Shown one piece after another: positions 45,202 to 54,179 of a stretch of 56,832 bases of DNA. How positions within the stretch are numbered: the stretch's first letter is position 1; the number at the start of each line of letters is the position of its first letter. The stretch comes from Minisyncoccota bacterium (GTDB lineage: Bacteria > Patescibacteriota > Minisyncoccia > Moranbacterales > GCA-2747515), in NCBI GenBank assembly GCA_020629675.1, contig JAHDCW010000002.1, positions 1-56,832 on the forward strand. Direction: 5' to 3'. The notes under the pieces are model-generated. The model was not told the DNA's origin. It did not search any database and saw only the letters and a program-made list of their open reading frames with translations. Both the position numbers and the translations under genes were made by a program.

Positions 45202-47376
45202 ATGGTGAAAAAGACAGACAATAGAAGAGGTATTAGGATAATTGCAGTGTTGCTGTTGACTGGTGCGCTCACCGTAGCGGCATGTTGGTTTGGGTATGCG
45301 TACCTTACAGGCTCTAGTATTCCATCGGAGGATTTTACTGAGCAGGTTGTGGGAGCCAATCCAAGTGATGTGCTAGGTGAAAAAGATGATCCTGCAACAA
45401 CTGACAATACCCCCAAAGAAATAGATGTTATGGACGTATCAACACTTAAGCAGGAAACTGCTTTCACAGAAGGCGTTTACAGTGCACACGCAGGGCCTAT
45501 TGCTACCAACCAATGGTTTACCTCAAACTACTTTCGGCAAGGTTCGGAGAACTTCTTTGGATTTCCGCTAGCGTATAATGTCAGTGAAAACGCTTTTCGT
45601 ATTTCTTACCCGCGGATAAATGTACAGCCCCAAATTATTTTTGGTTCCTTTTCACAAGATGTAGCGCTTGTTTTTGATCGTCCAATAGTGTCTCGCGTAA
45701 AAGCGTACAGTGAGCTTTCTGTTACTTTGGAGCTCAGCAGCGTAGGGACAGAGGAATTGCTTGCAACGATTTATCTGACGCGTGGCTCACTTTATGTAAA
45801 TATATCTTTGACAGAAGCTGGAAGTGGAGTGCTGTGGGAGACACCGGGGACAATCGAACTAACAGGAACAGAGCAAAAGAAGTACCTTACACGCAACAAT
45901 GACACGAAGTTTGCGATTTATGCGCTCGATAATCTTATACTGACCGGCTCTGAAGATCGCAATCAGATTGCTGTTGGAAGTGATTTTGCTGTCGATGGAG
46001 AGCGCTTAGTGGTAGGTGTGTTACCTGAAGGTATGACGTGGGCACAACTTGATCGTTACGCTGCTCAATTTAATATGTCATCAGATTTTACGCTCACATC
46101 AACAGAGGCATCGCGTGTAGATTTTGACAAGGAGACGTACTGGGCTATCTTGCCACATCACCAACAGTCAATTCGTGGCGCTCTCTGCAACCAAGACATG
46201 CGTTTCCAGACAATTCGTGGGGCGATGATTGTCTGTGAGGGAAAGAGTTTTGATTTTATATCAGAGGCCACTGTCCCAGCGGAGCAGATTAACGTAGGCA
46301 CATTCACTGAGGAAGAAAAAGAGGTCCTGCGTCGCCTTGTGCGCGAGGAGACAGAGGCTTTTGCGGATTTTGCAGCTCCTGACACTTATTTTAGAGGAAA
46401 AGAGATCTTGCGTCTGGCGTATCTCTATGATCTGGCAGTTCAGCTAACGATGGATGCCACCTCGGACTCGCTCAAGAGCACTTTGCGACGTGAGTTTGCA
46501 AACTGGCGCACTAATACGATCGTTGCGCCGGATGGACTAAATGGGGAGCAGTACTTTGTTTACGATAATATTATTCGTGGTGTCGTGGGTCACAAGACGA
46601 GCTTTGGCTCTGAGCGCTTTAATGATCACCACTTTCATTATGGCTATTTTGTACATGCTGCAGCGATCATAGCGCGTCATGATGAGAGTTTTGTTGCAGA
46701 TAATGGGGATTTTGTGAATACGCTGGTGAGCGATTATGCAAATATCAACGCATCTAACCAAGACTTCTCATTGGTACGAAGCTTTGATTTTTATGAGGGG
46801 CATAGCTGGGCAGCTGGTGAGTCACTTTTTGGGGATGGAAATAATCAGGAGTCAACATCAGAAGCAATTCAGGCTTATTATGCGGCGTACCTTTGGGCAC
46901 GGACAATTGGTGCAGATGCATTAGCTAATAAAAACTTATGGCTCTTTAATCAAGAAACAGCAAGTGCGCGCATGTACTGGCTTTTGTCAGGTGAAGGTGC
47001 GCCAACGTACGAAGGTTATGAGCCAAGTGCTGTTTCGCTCCTATGGGGTGGTAAGGCTGAGTGGGCAACGTGGTTTAGTGGGGAGCCGGAGGCAAAGCTT
47101 GGGATTCAGCTGATTCCATTTACGCCGGGGAGTACATACCTCAACAAGATTAGTAATGAAAACATCAAACGTCATTTAGCGGAAACAGCTTTTCCAGAGC
47201 AGAAGCTATTCTATGACTTACTTCTCATGTACTACGCAGTAGCTGACCCACAGGATGCAGAGCGCATATTTAGAACCCAGGAAGCAGCAGGTTTATTAGA
47301 GCTGGATGGTGGAAACTCAAAAAGCTACCTATTTGCATGGATTCTTTTTCAAAAGTATGTAGAGAAAAATGATTAA
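45202..47376 (+). CDS. Membrane-anchored GH81 endo-beta-1,3-glucanase
   Basis: N-terminal TM. GH81 signature blocks FNDHHFHYGYFVHAAA, YEGHSWAAG and GNNQESTSEAIQAYY (E-x3-E catalytic pair). Confidence 0.82.
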   Translation: MVKKTDNRRGIRIIAVLLLTGALTVAACWFGYAYLTGSSIPSEDFTEQVVGANPSDVLGEKDDPATTDNTPKEIDVMDVSTLKQETAFTEGVYSAHAGPIATNQWFTSNYFRQGSENFFGFPLAYNVSENAFRISYPRINVQPQIIFGSFSQDVALVFDRPIVSRVKAYSELSVTLELSSVGTEELLATIYLTRGSLYVNISLTEAGSGVLWETPGTIELTGTEQKKYLTRNNDTKFAIYALDNLILTGSEDRNQIAVGSDFAVDGERLVVGVLPEGMTWAQLDRYAAQFNMSSDFTLTSTEASRVDFDKETYWAILPHHQQSIRGALCNQDMRFQTIRGAMIVCEGKSFDFISEATVPAEQINVGTFTEEEKEVLRRLVREETEAFADFAAPDTYFRGKEILRLAYLYDLAVQLTMDATSDSLKSTLRREFANWRTNTIVAPDGLNGEQYFVYDNIIRGVVGHKTSFGSERFNDHHFHYGYFVHAAAIIARHDESFVADNGDFVNTLVSDYANINASNQDFSLVRSFDFYEGHSWAAGESLFGDGNNQESTSEAIQAYYAAYLWARTIGADALANKNLWLFNQETASARMYWLLSGEGAPTYEGYEPSAVSLLWGGKAEWATWFSGEPEAKLGIQLIPFTPGSTYLNKISNENIKRHLAETAFPEQKLFYDLLLMYYAVADPQDAERIFRTQEAAGLLELDGGNSKSYLFAWILFQKYVEKND

Positions 47377-50062
47377 GCGAAGGTTGCAAAATAAGGGGGA
47401 GCGTGCAGAGATGGCTGGCATTAAGAGACCGCGACGTGCTGGTGTTTTTCGTGCTGTGCATGAACGTGGTGATGTGCTACCTAAGCACAACCAGGCGCTC
47501 AAAAAGAGAGCGATGCCAACGCAAGCGCAAAAGTCTAGCGGGTCGGGTGATCATTTGATCGATGTGATGGATGCAAGCTACATGCAGGAAATCTACCAAG
47601 AAGTAAAGGGAGAGGCACGTCGTCAAGCTGTGGAACAGCAAGTGAGTCACATGCAGCAGACTGCAGGAAGACCTTCTGACACAGGGGGGCAGCAGACTGG
47701 GGTGCAGCAGAGAAATTCGACTGTGCAACCGACGCCTATTGCAAATCCATACAAGCGCACACACGCGGCAAATCCTGTACGGTCATTTGCATTTGATACG
47801 GTTGCAGCACCGGGGCGTGCGCAGAGTCACGCATCGTCAGCACCTTCGCCGCTCGAACGTGCTCAAGCCTTTTTTGTCGGTGATGCTGCAGCTGATCTAC
47901 ATAAAAATGAGGGTGAGACGGAGTATGACTTTTCTGACAAGGATAATCGTGAAGTGCGCCAACCGTTTGTGATACGGATGATTGCAGAAATGATGTTTCT
48001 ATTCTTGATTTATACAACGGGTTGGTTTTTGATTGGCTATTATCTCGAAGGAGAATTTCTCTCAACAAACTACCAAGACTGGATCTACCACGCATGGCGC
48101 ATAGATACGCTACAAGAACATCAGATGATTACATCTTGGGATCACCAATGGACCAGCGGAATTAACCATTGGCGCTCCTATCAGTACATTCAGCATGTCC
48201 TCGTCCTAGGCGTTGTACAGCTCACAGGATTATCGATCACCAAAGCGATGATCTTGTTGACTGTCGTGATTTATATCGGTATTCGTTTTCTGATATATGG
48301 TGTGCTGCGTAGCTTTGGCGTAGGTGCCTTGGCAAGTTTTATAGCGGTACTTTTTTCCTTTACATACGTCCAGCAGTGGATCGCAATTAGTGATTTTTCT
48401 ATTTTTATCGCTTTCATCATCGTACCGTTTTACATACTGCTATGGAAAAACATCTACGAGCGCCATGCGCTACGTAAAGATCTAGATGGGAATGCGCTTG
48501 TGGTGGAGCATAGGAAAAGGCGTCGTGCAGAGTATTTCTTAGCACTGCTGACAGGTGCGACGTGGATTTTGCATCCGATTATTGCAAACGTCTTTGCTGG
48601 GATTTTCTTTTATACGATTGGATTTCGTTCGCTTAAGATCTCACTTACATATGCACTAAGTATTTTGGCGGTGTATATCATAGGGGCGCTCGCTTTCTTT
48701 TTGCCATATTTTTCGGCGGGATACCATTTTGCTAATCCTGTGTTTACGACAACCGGATTTGTGACGGATACGATTGCTGGAGAGTATTTTGGCCTTAGCT
48801 TCTTTTTTTGGGGGTTTACAGGGTTCGCGATTGTGGTGAGTATGCTGATGCCGAGTGTGGCACCTGCGTGGGCTAGACGGCTCCTAGGTTACTCCATTTT
48901 GTATTTCATTTTGATTTACTTTGCACAAAATGGTTATGTGCCTAAAATTATTACACAGCTTCAGATTTCTCGTGTCATACCAGTGTTGGCGCTTTTGATT
49001 ATCTTTGCGTTTGCTGGCATCCTAGATGGATTTCTCAAAAGCTTCAAGATGGCGCGACCGTTTATTGTGATTCTTGCGATATTTGCAGCTATTTCAATTA
49101 TTGAGTCAGTGAAAATTGGGACAGCTTTTACGAGTCAACCACGAACATCTCTGGATGACCCTGTGTCTCTCTATTTTAATGGTAAGGAGGACCCGAAGGG
49201 GAGTATCTATGTGCGTGATGTCTCATCTGCGAGTTACTTTTCTGAGGGGGATGTACGCTTTATAAATTCATACAATGAGCACTTGCTACCAAATCCTTTA
49301 TCTGTACGTTTTGGATTCTTTATGCGATCTGAAATTGCATATACGGGTGTGTCACGCACACATGAAAAGCTTATTCGGGATTATTCTACGGTTATGGGGC
49401 TTGAATATATTGTTTTGCCGCAATCGTCACCGCTCATTCGTTCATTGACCCAAAAAGATGAAGGGCAAGAGCGGGCGGATTTTGAATTTGTCGAAACTTT
49501 AAGTTCGTTTAATGGGGTATACACGATCATTCGTCGCACTGCGGAAATACATAATGCATATCTGATCAATCAAGATGATCGTGTATTGACGTGGGATCAG
49601 ACATTGGAAAATCCTACAATTGAAGCTAATTCGTATCAGCAGTGGGATCGCAAGGTGAGTATTCTGGCAGAAAAAATGCGTAATGGTGAGATGATACCGC
49701 TGGATACATCATTTACGCGTCAGGATCAGATCGCCATCGATCTGACTGATCAAGATCTTAGCGGAAAGGCTCTTTTTGTGGCACAAAGCTATGATCCATA
49801 CTGGTCTATAGTAGGTCGTCGTGATGTTGTTAAACCTTCAGAAATTAGAATGATTCATGTAGAGCCCGCTGCGCTTTCAGATGAATTGGTAACTCGTCAA
49901 GATGGGCGTGTACGTATTGTGCTTGAGAATAACTGGCCATGGTGGCACTGGCCGCTCCAGTTCTTTGCTCTCGGTGCGATTGGACTCATTTTTGTGGCGG
50001 GACTCTTCAGCTTGCGAGGGCAGCGTGTTGGAAGTATAAGTCGTAAACGTAAGCAGCGATAG
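47369..50062 (+). CDS. Large polytopic membrane protein, YfhO-like GT-C architecture (putative glycosyltransferase)
   Basis: ~195-aa basic/Gln-rich N-terminal region, ~12 TM helices, an early loop YQDWIYHAWRID, a ~330-aa extracytoplasmic domain and a final TM. It overlaps the GH81 gene by 8 nt. Confidence 0.75.
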   Translation: MIKRRLQNKGERAEMAGIKRPRRAGVFRAVHERGDVLPKHNQALKKRAMPTQAQKSSGSGDHLIDVMDASYMQEIYQEVKGEARRQAVEQQVSHMQQTAGRPSDTGGQQTGVQQRNSTVQPTPIANPYKRTHAANPVRSFAFDTVAAPGRAQSHASSAPSPLERAQAFFVGDAAADLHKNEGETEYDFSDKDNREVRQPFVIRMIAEMMFLFLIYTTGWFLIGYYLEGEFLSTNYQDWIYHAWRIDTLQEHQMITSWDHQWTSGINHWRSYQYIQHVLVLGVVQLTGLSITKAMILLTVVIYIGIRFLIYGVLRSFGVGALASFIAVLFSFTYVQQWIAISDFSIFIAFIIVPFYILLWKNIYERHALRKDLDGNALVVEHRKRRRAEYFLALLTGATWILHPIIANVFAGIFFYTIGFRSLKISLTYALSILAVYIIGALAFFLPYFSAGYHFANPVFTTTGFVTDTIAGEYFGLSFFFWGFTGFAIVVSMLMPSVAPAWARRLLGYSILYFILIYFAQNGYVPKIITQLQISRVIPVLALLIIFAFAGILDGFLKSFKMARPFIVILAIFAAISIIESVKIGTAFTSQPRTSLDDPVSLYFNGKEDPKGSIYVRDVSSASYFSEGDVRFINSYNEHLLPNPLSVRFGFFMRSEIAYTGVSRTHEKLIRDYSTVMGLEYIVLPQSSPLIRSLTQKDEGQERADFEFVETLSSFNGVYTIIRRTAEIHNAYLINQDDRVLTWDQTLENPTIEANSYQQWDRKVSILAEKMRNGEMIPLDTSFTRQDQIAIDLTDQDLSGKALFVAQSYDPYWSIVGRRDVVKPSEIRMIHVEPAALSDELVTRQDGRVRIVLENNWPWWHWPLQFFALGAIGLIFVAGLFSLRGQRVGSISRKRKQR

Positions 50063-50063
50063 T

Positions 50064-51548
50064 ATGAAAGCAGGAAAAATTTTCGCAAAAAAGATACCAG
50101 CTGTTACATTTCTCTTCTTGGCAGCATCTCCACTCGTTGTGATTTGGTACGCAGCGTATATTTTTAATGTTAACAATGCTGACAATCTCTTTTTGTATAG
50201 CATTCAGATTATCGCAGACTCAATTGCGATGATGGTGCTCTTGGGTCTGTGGTTGACTGTATTGATTGACACTCTGATAGAGCGTCATCACCGTACTTTT
50301 GAGCGTGTAAATTTCTCGCTTCTTAGTGATGATAATGTTCCTACAGTGGATGTATTTATCACTGTATATGGTGAGCCACTTAGCGTGATCGAAAAAACAG
50401 CACGTGCAGCGCGGGACATGCGTGTACTGCATAATACTTATGTATTGGATGATGGAAACAGTTTTGAGGTGCGCTATTTTTGTGAGCAAAACGGCATCAA
50501 GTATATCGCTCGAGAAAAAAATGATCATGCGAAGGCCGGTAATGTAAACAATGCACTTTCAGAGACAGATGCAGAATTTTTTGCCATCATAGATGCGGAT
50601 CACGTACCAGAGCCAGAGTTTCTTGAGGTGCTTTTGCCCTACATGGAAGACAAAAATTTGGCTATGGTGCAGTCACCACAACATTACCGCAACATCGAAA
50701 ACTTTATTGCCTCCGGAACAGCGCAGGCACAGGAGGTATTTTACCGCTACGTATGTCCTGCTAAAAATATCTCAAACTCTGCTTTTTCTGTGGGAACAAA
50801 TGTGCTGTTTCGTCGTAGTGCGATTGACCAGATTGGCGGTATAGCACTTAACAACTCTGAGGATATTTGGACATCGTTCTTGCTTCATAAAAATGGTTGG
50901 CGTACGATCTTTGTTAACCAGGTATTGGCAATTGGTGTGGCGCCAGATACGATTATTTCTTTTTTCAAGCAACAGCGTCGCTGGGCTAAGGGTGGTCTTG
51001 ATATACTTATCAATGAAAGTCCGATGCGCAATGAGGGTCTTGAGCTTGATCAGCGCATCCAATATTTTATCTCAAGTACATTTTTCTTGGTAGGTATTCC
51101 GATTCTTGTTTATATTGTGATGCCGATTATCTATTTGCTTTTTGATGAGAAGCCGCTTCTTATTACTAATGGAACGGTCTGGCTGATCCATTACCTGCCG
51201 TATTTCTTTTTGTATTTTGCGATTACGTTCTTGTTGCTCCGACAGAAACTTCGTATCTCTACGATGGCGACAGCGCTCGCTAACTTTTACCCGTACCTCC
51301 TTGGTCTTTTCTCAGTGATTTTTGATACAGAGCAAGAGTGGGTAGCGACGACATCAAAGAAGAATAGTGTTGATCCGATTATGAAGTGGATTTGGCCGCA
51401 TGTGTTCTTGTTGGTATTGTCAATATTGAGTTTGATTGTGGGGTGGTACAATCCAACAGAATTCTGGGCATCGTTTTTTAATTCTATGTGGGTGGGTCTT
51501 AATATCTTTTTGTTGAGTACGTTCTTGACCCGTGCACGTTATAAGTAG
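50064..51548 (+). CDS. Processive GT2 beta-glycan synthase (BcsA/CrdS/BgsA-like), no PilZ domain
   Basis: Two N-terminal TM helices. D,D,D,QxxRW signature: VLDDGN, IIDADHVP, SEDIWTS (TED-like) and QQRRWAKG. Also QSPQHY and 4-5 C-terminal TM helices. It starts 1 nt after the upstream stop. Confidence 0.82.
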   Translation: MKAGKIFAKKIPAVTFLFLAASPLVVIWYAAYIFNVNNADNLFLYSIQIIADSIAMMVLLGLWLTVLIDTLIERHHRTFERVNFSLLSDDNVPTVDVFITVYGEPLSVIEKTARAARDMRVLHNTYVLDDGNSFEVRYFCEQNGIKYIAREKNDHAKAGNVNNALSETDAEFFAIIDADHVPEPEFLEVLLPYMEDKNLAMVQSPQHYRNIENFIASGTAQAQEVFYRYVCPAKNISNSAFSVGTNVLFRRSAIDQIGGIALNNSEDIWTSFLLHKNGWRTIFVNQVLAIGVAPDTIISFFKQQRRWAKGGLDILINESPMRNEGLELDQRIQYFISSTFFLVGIPILVYIVMPIIYLLFDEKPLLITNGTVWLIHYLPYFFLYFAITFLLLRQKLRISTMATALANFYPYLLGLFSVIFDTEQEWVATTSKKNSVDPIMKWIWPHVFLLVLSILSLIVGWYNPTEFWASFFNSMWVGLNIFLLSTFLTRARYK

Positions 51549-51566
51549 ATCTAGTAATATAAGTAT

Positions 51567-52370
51567 ATGAGTCAAAAAAATTTTTCATTTCGTGAGTGGC
51601 TATTTAACACTTTTATGGTGGTGTTTGTTTTTCTGATTGCGCTTATGATTTCATCACAGGCATTGACGCGTAAGGTGAACTCTTTTCAGAGCATCACGAG
51701 CCCAGTGTTTTTTGAGGTTGACAAAAAAGACCTCGTTATCAATGCGCAGGTAGAGGGGCGTGTCAAAACGATCAATGTAACCTCGGGACAAAGTGTAAAA
51801 GCGGGGGAGTTGATCGTAGAACTCGACTCAACAGCGTTTGAGAGGCGTGTGAGCCTACTCGAAGAGGTGGCTGATCAAAACCTCTCAGCACGGACGGAGT
51901 TGAGTGTTCTTCGAGAGGATGCAGATAGCTTTAAAATTTATGCGCCACAGGATGGTGTGATTGATGATATTAATATCTCAGAAGGGTCCTATGTGAACCG
52001 TGAGGCGCGCGTGCTGACGATGTTCTCTGACACGGATACAAGGCTTACGAGTTTTGTGACACCGGATCAGTATAGTGAGATCCAGAATAGCGGCAGTGTA
52101 AATGTTTACAGTGATCGTCTGGAGCAGACCTTTAAGGCAAAACTTGATGGTGTGCGACAGGCAACACGTGGTGCAGGCAATCAAGGCTTTAATCAAAATA
52201 CGGGTGATAGTTTTTTTGAGCTTATCTTTCGCTTTGAAAATGCTGAAGATGGAGCGATCTTTATCGAGAAAGAATCACTTCAGTTGATCAACCCAGCCGA
52301 AGAAGAGTCTATTACGCGACCAAGTGATCGTCTTGCGCGAATTTGGAACGCACTAATCCTTGGACGCTAA
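51567..52370 (+). CDS. HlyD-type membrane-fusion/adaptor protein (single TM + barrel-sandwich hybrid)
   Basis: N-terminal TM. Lipoyl-like halves INAQVEGRVKTINVTSGQSVKAGELIVELD and IYAPQDGVIDDINISEGSYVNREARVLTMF are joined by a very short alpha-hairpin. Confidence 0.7.
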   Translation: MSQKNFSFREWLFNTFMVVFVFLIALMISSQALTRKVNSFQSITSPVFFEVDKKDLVINAQVEGRVKTINVTSGQSVKAGELIVELDSTAFERRVSLLEEVADQNLSARTELSVLREDADSFKIYAPQDGVIDDINISEGSYVNREARVLTMFSDTDTRLTSFVTPDQYSEIQNSGSVNVYSDRLEQTFKAKLDGVRQATRGAGNQGFNQNTGDSFFELIFRFENAEDGAIFIEKESLQLINPAEEESITRPSDRLARIWNALILGR

Positions 52371-52380
52371 CACATAGCTT

Positions 52381-52827
52381 ATGCATCAATTTAGAGATTT
52401 CGTACATCGTATCTATGACGTCATCTTTCCGTTTGCGCTGATGCAGCGTTATAAGCGGGTCTTGATGTATCTTTTTTTTGGATCGATGGCGGCTATTGTA
52501 GATGTTGGTGTGTATATAATCCTATTTAATTTCTTCGGTTTTGCAGCGCTTTATGCAAATTCTGTATCTCAGGCGCTTGCGATCCTTTGTGGTTTTTTCC
52601 TAAATGGGTTTATTACCTTTAAGGTAAGTGATAAATATAAACGGCGACTCTTGCTTTTTATTCTCGTAAGTCTAACAGGTTACCTGGTGACTTCTGTGAT
52701 TCTATATCTCTTTCATGATATGCTAAGATTCGATGGTAATCTCGTGAAGATACTATCGCTGCCGCTTATTTTTGTGCTACAGTATACATTAAATTCATTG
52801 ATTACATTTCGTTCATCATCTCGTTAA
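52381..52827 (+). CDS. GtrA-family membrane protein
   Basis: 148 aa with 4 TM helices and GtrA-like motifs (FGSMAAIVDVGVYIILF; NGFITFKV; NSLITF). Confidence 0.8.
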   Translation: MHQFRDFVHRIYDVIFPFALMQRYKRVLMYLFFGSMAAIVDVGVYIILFNFFGFAALYANSVSQALAILCGFFLNGFITFKVSDKYKRRLLLFILVSLTGYLVTSVILYLFHDMLRFDGNLVKILSLPLIFVLQYTLNSLITFRSSSR

Positions 52828-52836
52828 TTATTTCTT

Positions 52837-54159
52837 ATGTCGCAAGATACTAAAAAAATTGCTGTCATCGGTGCTGGTTTTACAGGACTGACTGCAGCAT
52901 ACCGACTGGCTCTCCAGGGTTACCACGTAACTGTTCTTGAAAAAGAAGCTGTTTTAGGAGGTTTGGTAGCTGGTTTTGAGATGCATAATCAACCGATTGA
53001 AAAGGTGTATCACTTTCTTTATATGACAGACGCAGATGCATTGGGGTTGCTTGAGGACCTTGGTGTGCGGGATAAGCTAACTTTTTATGATAGCTCTGTC
53101 TCAACGTACTATGATGGGACGCTCTTCCCGTTTATGACACCGAAAGATCTATTAACCTTTACACCTCTCTCATTACTCGACAGAATCCGCACAGGTGCAG
53201 TAGCGTTTTATCTTCAGCGCTGCAAAAATTGGAAACCGCTGACAAAGATCACAGCTTATGACTGGATGAAGAAATATGCAGGCAAGCACGCTACACGCAT
53301 CATCTGGGAGCCCCTCCTCAAGGGTAAATTTGGTAAGTTTTACGACAAGGTTACAATGTCATGGTTGTGGTCGCGTATTCATGTGCGCGCAAACTCTAAG
53401 GAGTCTGGTTCGACAGGGGAGAAGCTTGGATATATCGAGGGTAGCTTTGCCATTGTCATTGAGGCGCTGGAGCGCGCGATCACAGAGCGTGGCGGTCGTA
53501 TCATCACGTCTTGTAATATCGAGGCGATTGATGGTGCGGAGGGTGAGAAGTCAAAAATTACTTATAATGGCACACACGAAGAATTTGATGCGATTTTGGC
53601 GACAGTCCCAACGCATGTTTTTGATACATTGACAGCGCATAACCCGCTGGTAAAAAAGGCTCCACAGCGTGATCATATTGATTATATTGGTGCGATCGTT
53701 GGTATTTTTAGTAGCACGCAGGAGATCTCAGAATATTACTGGCACAACATTAACGATGACAGTATTCCATTTTTGGTATTCTTGTCTGAGACAGCCCTGA
53801 CTGGTACTGATTTATTTGAAGGTCGTCATGTTTACTATATAGGAGTGTATGTTGAACATGAGCATCCCTATTTTGATATGCCGGATAAGGCAATTTTGGA
53901 TGAGTGGTTTGGTGGGCTTAAAAAAATGTTTCCAGACTTTGATGTGGAGCAGATCATGGAAAAACATCTTTTCAAGTTCCGCAACGCGCAACATATAGTT
54001 GATATCGGTTATGAAGATAAGATGCCACCATATAAAAGTGTTTTACCTGGTGTTTATCTCGCAAACTTTTCACAGATTTTCCCTGATGATCGCGGCATCA
54101 ACTATGCTGTACAAGAAGGTAATAAGCTTGCAGCTATGATTGATAGGGATCTTGCGTAA
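52837..54159 (+). CDS. FAD/NAD(P)-binding oxidoreductase (amine-oxidase / phytoene-desaturase / PPOX-like fold)
   Basis: The N-terminal dinucleotide-binding motif KIAVIGAGFTGLTAAYRLALQGYHVTVLEKEAVLGGL and a C-terminal YLANFSQIFPDDRGINYAV are typical of this superfamily. Confidence 0.78.
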   Translation: MSQDTKKIAVIGAGFTGLTAAYRLALQGYHVTVLEKEAVLGGLVAGFEMHNQPIEKVYHFLYMTDADALGLLEDLGVRDKLTFYDSSVSTYYDGTLFPFMTPKDLLTFTPLSLLDRIRTGAVAFYLQRCKNWKPLTKITAYDWMKKYAGKHATRIIWEPLLKGKFGKFYDKVTMSWLWSRIHVRANSKESGSTGEKLGYIEGSFAIVIEALERAITERGGRIITSCNIEAIDGAEGEKSKITYNGTHEEFDAILATVPTHVFDTLTAHNPLVKKAPQRDHIDYIGAIVGIFSSTQEISEYYWHNINDDSIPFLVFLSETALTGTDLFEGRHVYYIGVYVEHEHPYFDMPDKAILDEWFGGLKKMFPDFDVEQIMEKHLFKFRNAQHIVDIGYEDKMPPYKSVLPGVYLANFSQIFPDDRGINYAVQEGNKLAAMIDRDLA

Positions 54160-54179
54160 AGGATGGTTTGGAGTTTTCT

